A stretch of 64,000 bases of DNA from Escherichia phage vB_Eco_F27. A program made the position numbers and the translations under genes. The notes under the pieces were generated by a model. The model made no database searches, was not told where the DNA came from, and saw only the letters and a list, made by a program, of their open reading frames with translations. Location: sequence record OP870146.1; one strand, written 5' to 3'. Positions 1 through 9,921 of this stretch are shown piece after piece. The first letter of the stretch is position 1, and the number at the start of each line of letters is the position of its first letter.

Positions 1-2275
1 ATTCTTCACCTTCTTGAAGCATACGACGAATACATTCTTTAAGAGCTTTCTGTACTGCTTTAGGGGTCGAAGATTTCTGAGTTTCTAGACCCATGATTTT
101 GAGTTTAGGCTCGGCGTAACGAGTACCTTCCATATCCCACACGTTTAATGCATAACGTTTCTTACCAGTCCAGAATCCACCAATACCTTTAGAACCGAGC
201 GGAGGACCAGCGATAGCTTCTCGGTCCATGAACATTAAGTGTTGTTTATTGTTCATGTATTCACACATTTCACGGAAACCTCTATCAATAGCAGGTTCCA
301 TACGTTCACGTGCAAACTTATCTAAGAAGTCTACCCAATGGTTAGTATCGCGGAATTTAGATTCACCGACCTTATCGATAATTTTATCGGCGGATACGTA
401 AATAGAGTCTGTATCACCATAAAGAACGAAAGCTTCACCTTCTGTACCACAAACTTCATTCAGATATTCATTAACTTTACGTTCAATCCACTGTAAAGCC
501 ATTTGACCAAATGTTGTGATTGCAGTTGCATTACGCAAATCGTAATAACGGAACCAAACGTTTCCAAGTGCACCATAAAGCGAGTTGATAAGCAATTTAC
601 GGTTAATTTGTGCAGTCATACCTGCAACTTCAGTACGTTGAGCTCTAAACAACATTTCATTAAGAGATTTAGCAGACAACTTTTTAATCTTTTCTTTAAT
701 CTCATCACTGAAGTCGAAACGATAATCAACATCTAATGGTTCGTCAACAGAAAGATTAGGATTATGCAATGCCTCTTTAATTATTTCGCCATTACGTTGA
801 GCTGCAAGCATGTAACCTTTATGTTCTTTACGTTGATTAAAGACCTTAGTGATTTCAGTTGGAACTACACCATCACGGTCTTTATAATACATCATGCCGT
901 TAGGAGAGCAACTGTACACATCTGAAGGACGTTCAGCGATTGCGTTAATATAATCATGCAGTGGAGCTACTTTAAACGTTCCTGCTATTGTTTCAGGGCT
1001 AATATTCACTTGGCGAATAATACTTGGATACAGAGATGTAAGGTCGAAACTCATTACATATTTGTATCGATTTGGAATAGGTTCCTTAACAAAAGCGCCA
1101 GGATAAGGTTGAACCGGGTGAGAACGACCTTGTGGAATCACCTTGTTCTGCTCTTTAAGGCTATTAAAAATAATAGCATCCCATGTTTTAATTGGACTGA
1201 ACACAGATTGAATCTGAATTTTAGCATAATAACCCATGTCCAAACTCAAGTTGATGAACTGACGCTTAGCATCAATTTGCAATACACGATATACGTCGAT
1301 AATGTTATAAGAAATATATCGTTGGTGATTGCTTTCACGAAGTTTAGAAATAGGACCGTCGTATTTCAGTTTACCAACGTTCAATTCAAATTCTGAAATG
1401 TAATCCAGAGAATACGACGGTTGGTTCGTGAAAGAGAACTTTTTGTAAAGGTCAATGTAATCAAGAACAGAGATACCGAACAATGTAATGATTTCACGAG
1501 AACCATACATGTTTTCGATAACTTTAACACGAGTTTTACGATGTGGTGATAAACGTTTAGCGGTAGATTCGCCAAAAATATTCTTGATTCGGTTATACAC
1601 ATATGGAATATCAAATGACTCAACGTTCCATCCAGTCAAAATGACAGGAGTTTTCTGTTGCCAGAAATTGAGATATTCCATCAATAATTCTTTTTCATTA
1701 TCAAACGGCATATAAACAATTTTGTCGATAATTTCGGATGGAACTTCATCACCACCTTGTTCTTGAAGCTTAGCCGCAATTTCGATAGACCATTCTTCTA
1801 CATTACCATATGGAGAATTCAATAGATCAAATACGTAGAACCTGTCGTCAATTGAGTCATAATGGGTGATAGCATCAATCGGATGTTTTGCTTGTGACGG
1901 CTCAGGGAACCCGTCCGGAGATGTTACTTCGATGTCGAAGTTAGCCACACGAATTTTTGTATGGTCGTATTTGATTTCATAGTTATAAGTGTCAGACAAA
2001 TACGCCAATTTGAAATCGTCCATGCCAAGTGCTTCAAGTCCGATATCTTCCATGCGTTTAATCCATTGTGAGGCATCACGCATATTAGCGAACAACTTAC
2101 GAGTACACGGCTTACCATAGATATCGAAATATTTCGTAGCCTGACTTTCTGGACAATGAGCAAACAGTGATGGTTTATATTCTACTTCACGAGTACGTTC
2201 ACGGCCATTAGAATCGATGTAACGTTCAAAAATTGAATCACCGATCTGTTCAACCGTTAAGTAAAATTCTTTCAT
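1..2275 (-). CDS. 43: DNA polymerase gp43, N-terminal ~758 codons (3' end lies beyond the window edge)
   Basis: Open minus-strand frame runs off the window, so it is absent from the ORF track. ATG at 2275 follows AAGGAA. Hand translation starts MKEFYLTVEQ and reads AVQKALKECIRRMLQEGEE at the edge, as in T4 gp43. Confidence 0.93.
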   Translation of the reverse strand, partial: MKEFYLTVEQIGDSIFERYIDSNGRERTREVEYKPSLFAHCPESQATKYFDIYGKPCTRKLFANMRDASQWIKRMEDIGLEALGMDDFKLAYLSDTYNYEIKYDHTKIRVANFDIEVTSPDGFPEPSQAKHPIDAITHYDSIDDRFYVFDLLNSPYGNVEEWSIEIAAKLQEQGGDEVPSEIIDKIVYMPFDNEKELLMEYLNFWQQKTPVILTGWNVESFDIPYVYNRIKNIFGESTAKRLSPHRKTRVKVIENMYGSREIITLFGISVLDYIDLYKKFSFTNQPSYSLDYISEFELNVGKLKYDGPISKLRESNHQRYISYNIIDVYRVLQIDAKRQFINLSLDMGYYAKIQIQSVFSPIKTWDAIIFNSLKEQNKVIPQGRSHPVQPYPGAFVKEPIPNRYKYVMSFDLTSLYPSIIRQVNISPETIAGTFKVAPLHDYINAIAERPSDVYSCSPNGMMYYKDRDGVVPTEITKVFNQRKEHKGYMLAAQRNGEIIKEALHNPNLSVDEPLDVDYRFDFSDEIKEKIKKLSAKSLNEMLFRAQRTEVAGMTAQINRKLLINSLYGALGNVWFRYYDLRNATAITTFGQMALQWIERKVNEYLNEVCGTEGEAFVLYGDTDSIYVSADKIIDKVGESKFRDTNHWVDFLDKFARERMEPAIDRGFREMCEYMNNKQHLMFMDREAIAGPPLGSKGIGGFWTGKKRYALNVWDMEGTRYAEPKLKIMGLETQKSSTPKAVQKALKECIRRMLQEGEE

Positions 2276-2287
2276 TTAATTTCCTTT

Positions 2288-2303
2288 AGACGAGTTATTG
2301 TCT
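2288..2303 (-). promoter_or_regulatory. gp43 translational-operator-like hairpin
   Basis: Minus-strand RNA AGAC-AAUAACUC-GUCU lies just 5' of the SD AAGGAA of gene 43. The 8-nt loop resembles the T4 gene 43 autogenous operator loop. Confidence 0.45.
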
Positions 2304-2334
2304 TTTGTTTGTTGATGAACTTATTATACTCCAA

Positions 2335-2352
2335 ATGGGACCGAAGTCCCAT
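2335..2352 (-). terminator. UUCG-tetraloop hairpin between regA and 43 (attenuator or stabiliser)
   Basis: Minus-strand AUGGGAC-UUCG-GUCCCAU lies just after the regA stop. Only a short U tract (UUGG) follows, so termination is probably partial. Confidence 0.4.
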
Positions 2353-2356
2353 TGCT

Positions 2357-2725
2357 TTAATTACCAATTGTATATTTTGCTTTCAAAGTCCAGTCATCTT
2401 TCTGTTTAAAAGAGATAACTCGGAAGTTATTAGTCAGGCCAAACAGATCTTCACGAGCAGAGTCTTCAATAACAATCAATCCCCAGTCTTCAAGCAACTG
2501 AGCAATCGAATCACGTCGTTGGTAGTCTTCACCATCGATATCAACTTGACGTCCGTCCATACGCAGCATTTCTTTAAAGTGGACGATATAGTATTTACCT
2601 TGCTTTTGGAGGATATGACAAGACTGGTAAAGGACTTTATCCTTGTTATTAGCGATGCCCATACGGGTCAAAGTCTCTTTGACTTTCAGAAAATCTTCAG
2701 GGTTCTTCAATTTAATTTCAATCAT
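2357..2725 (-). CDS. regA: translational repressor RegA
   Basis: From the internal ATG the product reads MIEIKLKNPEDFLKVKETLTRMGIANN, 122 aa as in T4 RegA. The start overlaps the gene 62 stop. Confidence 0.92.
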   Translation of the reverse strand: MIEIKLKNPEDFLKVKETLTRMGIANNKDKVLYQSCHILQKQGKYYIVHFKEMLRMDGRQVDIDGEDYQRRDSIAQLLEDWGLIVIEDSAREDLFGLTNNFRVISFKQKDDWTLKAKYTIGN

Positions 2726-2727
2726 TT

Positions 2728-3291
2728 TTACCATTCCAATGCTAATTTTTTAAATTGTTTTTGTTCTTTCACATTTTTTGTAACTTCTTTGAGAAACTCA
2801 TCAGTGACCATGGCCTTCAGTTCTTTAAGGACTATTGGCAACTTGTTATTTTTTTCAAGGAGCCGCTTATACACAGTAGCATCATTCATGTTGATTGTGT
2901 AATGTTTCATCAACAGTTTGATAACTAGTAACTCTGAAGTGTCTTCGACTAGTTTAGCCCATTTAGAGAATCGTCGGCCACGTGGAATTGCCGCCATCAT
3001 ATAGTTGAAGTGCGCTTCATCACTTAATTCAGAACCGACCAAGTTCATCATGTAAACTGCGGGCATACATTCTGGAAACTGGGACAATGAGTTTTCAACC
3101 ATAAATTTTGAGTAGTCAACCTGAGCAATTGACATCGATTTCTTTTCATTAATTGCGTTAATGATTTTAAAGAATTCGTTCTCAGGTTTTTCTTTAAACA
3201 TGTCAGCACATTTTTGAATCGCATCAGCGTCGTTAGACTTCCATGCGATTTGGTGCTCGTTAAGTTGGACGTCATCATCAAATAAGTTCAT
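2728..3291 (-). CDS. 62: clamp-loader small subunit gp62
   Basis: 187 aa, the same length and position as T4 gp62 (between 44 and regA). Confidence 0.9.
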   Translation of the reverse strand: MNLFDDDVQLNEHQIAWKSNDADAIQKCADMFKEKPENEFFKIINAINEKKSMSIAQVDYSKFMVENSLSQFPECMPAVYMMNLVGSELSDEAHFNYMMAAIPRGRRFSKWAKLVEDTSELLVIKLLMKHYTINMNDATVYKRLLEKNNKLPIVLKELKAMVTDEFLKEVTKNVKEQKQFKKLALEW

Positions 3292-3292
3292 A

Positions 3293-4255
3293 TTATTTCC
3301 AAGTCAATTCACAAGTCAATTGAAGAAGCATATACATAACATGTAATTCAATATTACTAGCTAGTCCATGAAACTTATTATTTTCACCTGCAATTTCATA
3401 AAGCGAAATAATACTTTTACCTGGTGCGACTTTGTCATAACACTCAGAAACTAATTTATCGATGAACCATGAATAATCAGCGGCATATTTTGGAGCTAAT
3501 GCACGAAGCTGTTTGATATCTTTATTTTTCATTGCTTCTATGACATCATCTACCGTGCCACGATCATTGGTTACAATCGACAAAATACCTGCATCAAGAA
3601 CACCTTTAGACGAGTACTGGTCTAATTGACCAATTGTACGACGAAAGTCCGGGAAGTTCTTTTTAACCAGAGCTGCAACAACTTTCATGTCAGCGATTTC
3701 GATATTTTCGTTCTTACAGATTTCAACCATACGATGAATCATTTTCTTCATCATCGAGATTTTATCTTCTTCGGTTGGACGACCGAATTCGATAACTCGA
3801 CAACGACTACGTAACGGTTCGATAATTCCATCGATGTTGTTGGCAGTAATAATAATAGAACAGTTACTAGAGAATTCTTCCATGAATGTACGAAGGTGTC
3901 GTTGTGATTCAGCAAGGCCACTACGGTCAAATTCATCGATAACGATAACTTTAGGCTTGCCTTCCATTGAGACTGAACGAGCAAATGCAGTTAACGGACC
4001 GCGTACAAAATCAATTTTACAATCAGAACCGTTGACGAACATCATTTCAGCGTTGATATCGTTACATAATGCTTTTGCCACGGTTGTTTTACCGGTACCA
4101 GGAGAAGGAGAGTGTAAAATAATATGAGGAAGTTTTCCTTTAGATACTAAAGACTTGAATGTTTCATGGTCATACGCAGGCAGAATACATTCGTCAATGG
4201 AAGAAGGACGATATTTCTGTTCTAGAATGTGTTCTTTGGAATTGATAGTAATCAT
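3293..4255 (-). CDS. 44: clamp-loader ATPase gp44
   Basis: 320 aa. Walker [11 protein letters not shown], Walker [12 protein letters not shown] motif LRSRC. Sits in the T4 gene 44 position. Confidence 0.93.
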   Translation of the reverse strand: MITINSKEHILEQKYRPSSIDECILPAYDHETFKSLVSKGKLPHIILHSPSPGTGKTTVAKALCNDINAEMMFVNGSDCKIDFVRGPLTAFARSVSMEGKPKVIVIDEFDRSGLAESQRHLRTFMEEFSSNCSIIITANNIDGIIEPLRSRCRVIEFGRPTEEDKISMMKKMIHRMVEICKNENIEIADMKVVAALVKKNFPDFRRTIGQLDQYSSKGVLDAGILSIVTNDRGTVDDVIEAMKNKDIKQLRALAPKYAADYSWFIDKLVSECYDKVAPGKSIISLYEIAGENNKFHGLASNIELHVMYMLLQLTCELTWK

Positions 4256-4281
4256 GTAATTTTCCTCATTATCATTAAACT

Positions 4282-4297
4282 GGAGGATTTCTCCTCC
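4282..4297 (-). promoter_or_regulatory. GAAA-tetraloop hairpin in the 45-44 intergenic region
   Basis: Minus-strand GGAGGA-GAAA-UCCUCC lies between the gene 45 stop and the gene 44 SD. No U tract follows. Confidence 0.35.
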
Positions 4298-4330
4298 ATA
4301 ATCGTACTACATTAAACGTAAAGCTTTGAC

Positions 4331-5017
4331 TTAGAAGTCGTGAGTAGAATCGGCTTCCATCGCAATAACATAACTTACTTGAGAGCTTTCAAACTTGGCT
4401 GCAACTTTATCACCAGCTCCCCACAACATTACTTTATAGTTACCTGGCTGGATTTTCATATTAGCCATATTGATTACGAAGTTAAAGTTGTTAGAACCAT
4501 CATAATCGGTAAGAGTCAAAGAATACTTAGGACGAGTTAGTCCGGAATCTTCAACTTTATTATAGCCATTGATAACAATTTTACCATCTTTATTTGTAAT
4601 AGCAATTGTATCAATCTGAAGTCCACGTGAAACTCGAAGCAATTGTTGAAGGTCTTCAGCTTTAATTTCAGTAATCACAGAAGCCACTGGGAATTGAATT
4701 GGCTTATTAGGAAAAACAATGGTGCTCTTGTCGGCAGCAGGCCAATAAACTGTGGAACGTGTATCTGCAATTTTAATATTGCCATCAGTATGCATTGAAA
4801 TTTCGGCATCATCAGACACTAGACTCAAAATGCTTAAGAAGCTATTCAAATCATAAAGTGCTACGTCAAAATCAATTTCATCAGAGATATTTGCTTCCGC
4901 ATAAGTGGTGCCATTAACTGCGCGAGTCATAATAAATTTACCTTGACTCAGCAGAATGCCAGAGTTAATAGAGGCAAAGTTTTTCAGAATAGCGATAGTA
5001 TCTTTAGACAGTTTCAT
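4331..5017 (-). CDS. 45: sliding clamp gp45
   Basis: From the second ATG the product reads MKLSKDTIAILKNFASINSGI, 228 aa as in T4 gp45. SD AAAGGAAAU lies upstream. Confidence 0.93.
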   Translation of the reverse strand: MKLSKDTIAILKNFASINSGILLSQGKFIMTRAVNGTTYAEANISDEIDFDVALYDLNSFLSILSLVSDDAEISMHTDGNIKIADTRSTVYWPAADKSTIVFPNKPIQFPVASVITEIKAEDLQQLLRVSRGLQIDTIAITNKDGKIVINGYNKVEDSGLTRPKYSLTLTDYDGSNNFNFVINMANMKIQPGNYKVMLWGAGDKVAAKFESSQVSYVIAMEADSTHDF

Positions 5018-5059
5018 TTTATTTCCTTTCAAGACAATTCAAAGTTTATAACAAATTTA

Positions 5060-5476
5060 TTACGCAGCAACCATCTGCTTTTTAATAGCTTCAGGCAGTG
5101 ATTCAATATATTCTGGAATTTTAGAAGCAACAATTTCGCCAGCTGCAATTAGTTGTTCGTCGGCATCAACACAGTAAAAATCTTCAAGGCGTTCAGAACC
5201 GTCTTTATCAAGAACGATTTTAGCACCTGCTTCGATAGAATCTTTATAGTGCTTACGCATCAAATGAATCCACATATCAGACACATCGTTATCAATAAAA
5301 CCATAAATCATAAAACGAGTTTCTTGTGGCAAAGATTGGAGTTTTTTAGCACTTGCGTCATCACAATGCAGGACCCATGCTTTACGAACACGATTATGGT
5401 TATGTGGGTTAGCGTCAGTACGGATAGAAGTAACTTTCAGATCAGCAGCAGTGAAACCTTTAGCAGTAGTAAACAT
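5060..5476 (-). CDS. rpbA: RNA polymerase-binding protein RpbA (positional call)
   Basis: 138-aa ORF immediately upstream of gene 45, where T4 carries rpbA. Called from position and size only. Confidence 0.6.
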   Translation of the reverse strand: MFTTAKGFTAADLKVTSIRTDANPHNHNRVRKAWVLHCDDASAKKLQSLPQETRFMIYGFIDNDVSDMWIHLMRKHYKDSIEAGAKIVLDKDGSERLEDFYCVDADEQLIAAGEIVASKIPEYIESLPEAIKKQMVAA

Positions 5477-5488
5477 ATTATTTCTCTC

Positions 5489-5689
5489 TTATTCGTAGAA
5501 GTCGGTAACTGTCCATGCGGAATTGCGATTAGACATTATTTTATTATACTCATCTTTAAAAGCAGATTTGAGCATTTGTTCAGTAACAATATGTTCTTCA
5601 CCTGAAAACGTATTGGTCAAAACATATTTTTTAATTTCAGGGACAACGAGAAGATGTTGTCCAGTTGAATACTCCATGTTGTTCTCCAT
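5489..5689 (-). CDS. hypothetical protein (T4 45.2 position)
   Basis: 66-aa ORF tightly packed between gene 46 and rpbA. Confidence 0.6.
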   Translation of the reverse strand: MENNMEYSTGQHLLVVPEIKKYVLTNTFSGEEHIVTEQMLKSAFKDEYNKIMSNRNSAWTVTDFYE

Positions 5690-5731
5690 TTAATTTGATG
5701 TGGTCATTATAACCACATCGTGTTAAAGCGT

Positions 5732-7420
5732 TTATGAAACAGTCATTACAGTAAATCGTCCAACTTTGCTCATTTGCAAATGTTGTCCATAACGTTGAGG
5801 GTCATGGTCCCTATGAGAAATAATGAACACGTTAGTATTTTGTAAACTTCCAAGAATGGTATCTATAGCCTTAACAGCTTCAGAATCAACTGCCCCATCA
5901 AAAACCTCATCAAGAATCAGAGTGTTGATTTTAACACCAGAGACCTTTTCAGCAATATCTCGCCATGTAAACAACAACGCGATATCAATGCGTGCTTTTT
6001 CACCTTGACTAAATGAAGCATAACTAAAATCTTCACGACCACGTGATTTTATAGATTCATTGAATTCTTCATCAATAGAAAACACGTAATCAGCTTCCAT
6101 AATTTTAAGATAATGGTTAATCTGCTTGTTGAACAGAGGCACATATTTTTTAATGATAGCACCTTTAATACCAGAATCTTTTAACATATCTGTGATAATA
6201 CCACGATGGTATTTTTCAAGAACGGTATCCGATTTTGTTTTAATGATTTTATCAAGTTCTTTTTGAAGCAAAGCTATCTCATCGGCATGGTCGATAAATT
6301 CTGCTGAGGCTTGCTCTATTGCAGCTTTAACTTTCTTAGCTTTATCAATAGTGGCAATCATTGCTTGTTTCTTGGTACGAATATCAGATGCAAGGTCCTG
6401 CTTAGTCTTAACATTAGCTCTATATTCATCAACTAGGACACTCAGATTATCTCTGTGACAGGTAAGTTGCTCGAATGAGTGATTACATTCATGAAGCTTA
6501 TCGGTAATCTTAGAGACAATAGGGTCACCCTGGTGCAATTGTGATGCACAAGTAGGACATGTGCCACCGTCATGATACATCTTAATAACTTTGTTATATG
6601 AGTCAATTTTAGATTTAATCAAGAATGCTTCTTGTCCTATCTTATTGAATGCCTCAGTAGGGTCTTCATCAAGAACGATATTAAGTAGTCGCTCATTAGC
6701 TTCTTCGATTTCTGCTTTTAATGAACGAGCTTCTTTGGCTAGGTCGTCATACATATTCTGTAGACGCGCTACATTATCACCAGATAATTTCTTTTGACGT
6801 TCGATATTCTCATTATAAATCTTAATTTGTTGGATAACACCATCTTTCTTGGCATCGAGAACTTGCCCCTGGGAATTAAGTTCGCGAACTTGAGACTTAT
6901 TGATTTTATCCATTTCAGCGAGTGTGCCGACTTCTAAAAGGTCTTCGACAAGTTTTCTACGAGCAGGGGTGCTAAGAGCCATGAAAGGGGTATACCCTGC
7001 CGTCCCAAGCACAACGATCTGTTTAAAAGACGCGTATGACATTCCGATGCTACGTTCAAATTCTTCTTGGAAGTCACGACTGCTGGCAGATTCATCGAGA
7101 CGAACACCGTCAACGGAGATTTCGAAAATATTGGGCTTTTGGCCGCGTCTAATGAAGTATTTTTTATCATCGAATTCCATCCAAAGCTCAACTAAGAGCT
7201 CTTTCTTGTTCGTGCTATTAATGATTTGTCCTTTCTTAACATCACGAAATGGTTTACCGAAAAGTCCGAAAGTAATGGCTTCTAACATCGTAGATTTACC
7301 ACCGCCATTTTTACCAGTGATTAATGTCTTTTGGACTTTATCTAATTGGATATCAATAGGATTCCCACCTACCGACATGATGTTTTGATAACGAACACGA
7401 TTTAATTTAAATGATTTCAT
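5732..7420 (-). CDS. 46: recombination endonuclease subunit gp46 (Rad50/SbcC-like ATPase)
   Basis: 562 aa. N-terminal Walker A GKNGGGKST, long central coiled coil with CPTC zinc hook, signature FSQGE, C-terminal Walker B LILDEVF. Confidence 0.93.
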   Translation of the reverse strand: MKSFKLNRVRYQNIMSVGGNPIDIQLDKVQKTLITGKNGGGKSTMLEAITFGLFGKPFRDVKKGQIINSTNKKELLVELWMEFDDKKYFIRRGQKPNIFEISVDGVRLDESASSRDFQEEFERSIGMSYASFKQIVVLGTAGYTPFMALSTPARRKLVEDLLEVGTLAEMDKINKSQVRELNSQGQVLDAKKDGVIQQIKIYNENIERQKKLSGDNVARLQNMYDDLAKEARSLKAEIEEANERLLNIVLDEDPTEAFNKIGQEAFLIKSKIDSYNKVIKMYHDGGTCPTCASQLHQGDPIVSKITDKLHECNHSFEQLTCHRDNLSVLVDEYRANVKTKQDLASDIRTKKQAMIATIDKAKKVKAAIEQASAEFIDHADEIALLQKELDKIIKTKSDTVLEKYHRGIITDMLKDSGIKGAIIKKYVPLFNKQINHYLKIMEADYVFSIDEEFNESIKSRGREDFSYASFSQGEKARIDIALLFTWRDIAEKVSGVKINTLILDEVFDGAVDSEAVKAIDTILGSLQNTNVFIISHRDHDPQRYGQHLQMSKVGRFTVMTVS

Positions 7421-7656
7421 ATGTATTCTCTTCGAATGAAGTCCTCTACATATTTTAACATGTCATCTCTATCAGCAAAATATTCATCTAGTTCTGCATA
7501 CATAACAACACCTGGTGCGTACTCACAGGTAACATACATTGTTCCAAAGAAACGAGGAGTTGATTCCTCGTAATTCTCAGTCCATTCAACGATACCAATA
7601 TAGCCGTCACCAATACTAAATTCATGACGATGGATTTCATAATCAGTCTTCGTCAT
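7417..7656 (-). CDS. hypothetical protein (T4 46.1 position)
   Basis: ORF 7417..7671. The ATG at 7656 has GAGG 9 nt upstream. The stop overlaps the gene 46 start. Confidence 0.6.
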   Translation of the reverse strand: MTKTDYEIHRHEFSIGDGYIGIVEWTENYEESTPRFFGTMYVTCEYAPGVVMYAELDEYFADRDDMLKYVEDFIRREYI

Positions 7657-7900
7657 TATACGCATCCTCAATACACGCTTCAGCCATTTTAATAATAGAG
7701 CCGGGAGTATCGTTGTCCATTATATTAAAGCTAAATTCAATAGCCCAGTCGGTGCAGACATGAACTGCTTTAACTTCATTGCCTTCAACGCGTAATGGCT
7801 CAATCCAATACTTGATGGTGTTCTCGAATCCATCATCATCTTTAACGTCTATTTCAACTTCAAGCCCGAGCCCAGCATTGTTAAATTCATCTAAAGTCAT
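7643..7900 (-). CDS. hypothetical acidic protein (T4 46.2 position)
   Basis: 85-aa ORF. ATGA start/stop overlap with gene 47. Confidence 0.6.
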   Translation of the reverse strand: MTLDEFNNAGLGLEVEIDVKDDDGFENTIKYWIEPLRVEGNEVKAVHVCTDWAIEFSFNIMDNDTPGSIIKMAEACIEDAYNDED

Positions 7901-8916
7901 TGTGTTGCCTCAATATAAAGTTCGTTGGAATATTTGACCAGCGCTTCTCTGTCTTCGTCTGAGATATCTGGAATCGCGTCAATATATTCTTTAATGATAT
8001 CTTGAAGTGATTTAATCTCGATTTCCTGGTCGTCATCAGATTCAACACTGTTATCAACTTTAGAAACCATACGAAGAGAGTGAACTACTTTTTCAAGTTC
8101 AGATTCAAACTTAGTCAACTCTGAATCAATTTCTGATACTATAACACGTACGGCTAGATTAGTATAATCAGAATAATTAATTTTGCCTTTAAACGGATAA
8201 GTGATTCGTCGATGCCATGTTGTTTCATTAGGAATAAATTCCATACGTTCAACATCAGTGTCAAATACCCAGAATCCGCGTGGGTCGTTCTCATCGCCTG
8301 CAGTAAGGGTCCATGGTGTCCCAATATATTTGACGTTAGCAGCTTCAGAGATTGTGTGGAAGTGGCCGGACCAGACTTGTTTATAGGTCTTTAAGAAATC
8401 AGGTTCAAGCCCATGAGACTTCATTCCTTTATAGAAATAAAAGCCATTCAGTTCCCAGTGACCAACACAATACGCAGCAGAAGAAGTCTTGATGTGCTCT
8501 AATATTTCACCTGTATTTTCTTCACACATCCATGGAACGATATCAATCAGACATCCGTCAAAATCTACAGTAGTCGGATGCTCGTAAATAGTAAAGTTTT
8601 CAAATTGAGTTAACAATTCAGAAACAGTGTTAGGTGTTATTGTATTCTTAAACGCCATGTCATGGTTTCCTATCGTGACATGAACGTGAATGCCTGCTTT
8701 AGAAATCATATCAACGATTTCACGATTGAATTCCATTGTACGATGTGTTATTGCTTTACGGACGTCAAACCAATCACCGTACTGAATCCAAGTTTTAATC
8801 CCGTGTTTCTTAGAGTATTCAATTGCTTGATGAATACCATCACGTTGAATATCTTGAACCCATGGGTCGTCTTGTTTGACTCCGATATGGAAGTCGCCTA
8901 AGTGCAAAATTTTCAT
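7897..8916 (-). CDS. 47: recombination nuclease subunit gp47 (Mre11/SbcD-like)
   Basis: 339 aa as in T4. Phosphoesterase motifs LGDFHIG, GDWFD, GNHD, GHWE and GHFH. Confidence 0.93.
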   Translation of the reverse strand: MKILHLGDFHIGVKQDDPWVQDIQRDGIHQAIEYSKKHGIKTWIQYGDWFDVRKAITHRTMEFNREIVDMISKAGIHVHVTIGNHDMAFKNTITPNTVSELLTQFENFTIYEHPTTVDFDGCLIDIVPWMCEENTGEILEHIKTSSAAYCVGHWELNGFYFYKGMKSHGLEPDFLKTYKQVWSGHFHTISEAANVKYIGTPWTLTAGDENDPRGFWVFDTDVERMEFIPNETTWHRRITYPFKGKINYSDYTNLAVRVIVSEIDSELTKFESELEKVVHSLRMVSKVDNSVESDDDQEIEIKSLQDIIKEYIDAIPDISDEDREALVKYSNELYIEATQ

Positions 8917-8961
8917 ATTATTTCCTCATTAGTTAATTCATTCTATCATCCGTTTATAAAG

Positions 8962-8988
8962 CAAAAAAAGGAACTCCGAAGAGTTCCT
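8962..8988 (-). terminator. intrinsic terminator (UUCG hairpin plus U7)
   Basis: Minus-strand AGGAACUC-UUCG-GAGUUCCU followed by UUUUUUU. The stem overlaps the stop codon of the 57-aa ORF. Confidence 0.7.
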
Positions 8989-9160
8989 ATCCACATAGTA
9001 CACCATACAGAGGCTCATTTGAACTTTTAAATCGAATGGGCTTGTACGTAATAGTTCCTTCGGCTTTAGCTTTATCATAAGACTCTTTAAAACGTCTCAT
9101 TCTTTCTGCTTTGCCTTTACGGATTTTATCGAAATTTTCAGAAGTCGGGATGTTCGTCAT
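8987..9160 (-). CDS. small hypothetical protein, 57 aa (below the ORF-track cutoff)
   Basis: Hand-translated MTNIPTSENFDKIRKGKAERMRRFKESYDKAKAEGTITYKPIRFKSSNEPLYGVLCG. GAGG lies 9 nt upstream of the ATG. Confidence 0.5.
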   Translation of the reverse strand: MTNIPTSENFDKIRKGKAERMRRFKESYDKAKAEGTITYKPIRFKSSNEPLYGVLCG

Positions 9161-9199
9161 GCATAAGCACCTCTCAGAAAATACCTAAACCGATTTCTC

Positions 9200-9406
9200 T
9201 CATTGTTTCCACCATTTCTTAACTTGAAATGAATCAACCCACACGAGTTGTTTTGGGTCTGCCTTTACAATAGGCGGACAAATTTCTGTAATAGAACCGT
9301 CATGATATTCCTTTTCAGAAATTTTAACACAAAGAGGACCTCCCAATTTAAGGGTGAACCCTGCGTTCAGCTTCAGACGTTTAAACTTTGTTTGAACTAG
9401 CGCCAT
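9200..9406 (-). CDS. hypothetical protein
   Basis: ORF 9200..9421. The ATG at 9406 (MALVQTKF) has GAGGA 8 nt upstream and overlaps the end of the upstream ORF. Confidence 0.55.
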   Translation of the reverse strand: MALVQTKFKRLKLNAGFTLKLGGPLCVKISEKEYHDGSITEICPPIVKADPKQLVWVDSFQVKKWWKQ

Positions 9407-9704
9407 TAATGATGTCCTCAATAGCCTGACGAGTAGTAACCCACTGGATTTTAATTAACTTGTCATTATATGGTTGTCGTAGAATATCCCGAGATTTCTT
9501 AATAGCATATTCGTAAGCTTCGAAGTTGTTTTGAATTGCTGCTTCTTGAGCATGTGCATAAAGACGGTTTAGTTCAAAACGATTCTTTTTAAGAATCTTT
9601 TCGGATTTTTTACGTGCTTCAGCTTCATTTTTCTTTTGGATTTCTTGTAGCATTTTAGCTACTGCATCTTCTGCTTCTTTATTTTCAATAATCTCGGTAG
9701 TCAT
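9381..9704 (-). CDS. hypothetical coiled-coil protein
   Basis: 107-aa ORF, K/E-rich helical sequence. Confidence 0.6.
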   Translation of the reverse strand: MTTEIIENKEAEDAVAKMLQEIQKKNEAEARKKSEKILKKNRFELNRLYAHAQEAAIQNNFEAYEYAIKKSRDILRQPYNDKLIKIQWVTTRQAIEDIINGASSNKV

Positions 9705-9705
9705 A

Positions 9706-9921
9706 TTATCTCATTAAATTAAAATAAAAACGTCCGTCCTCTTCAATACAGAACTCGTACTCAACTGGAGTTCCATTTATCGAAAATGACACGTCATGTG
9801 GGTTCAAAGGGTCGATGTCAAAATTAATTTTAAATTCTCGACCCAACAGTTTTACCAAATAAGGGATTGCTTCGTCAAAAGGTTCTTCTAAGTAGTTAGA
9901 GATGTCAATTGTCATCCTCAT
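9706..9921 (-). CDS. hypothetical protein
   Basis: ORF 9706..9999 overlaps the gene 55 3' end. Internal ATGs at 9921 and 9915 lie at the gene 55 stop. Start uncertain. Confidence 0.5.
   Translation of the reverse strand: MRMTIDISNYLEEPFDEAIPYLVKLLGREFKINFDIDPLNPHDVSFSINGTPVEYEFCIEEDGRFYFNLMR

Noticed and set aside
2309-2902. 197-aa plus-strand ORF
   Set aside because: It lies antisense to regA and gene 62, which are securely identified. It has a low-complexity, Phe/Leu-rich composition typical of the reverse frame of AT-rich coding DNA, and no SD.
4305-4330. AGCTTTA, 12 nt, TACGAT as a middle promoter between genes 45 and 44
   Set aside because: The MotA-box match is weak, and I cannot recall a mapped promoter here. 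The hairpin is listed but the promoter is left out.
5153-7388. Plus-strand ORFs inside rpbA and gene 46 (5153..5605, 6900..7388 and smaller ones)
   Set aside because: All lie antisense to well-supported genes. They are shadow ORFs.
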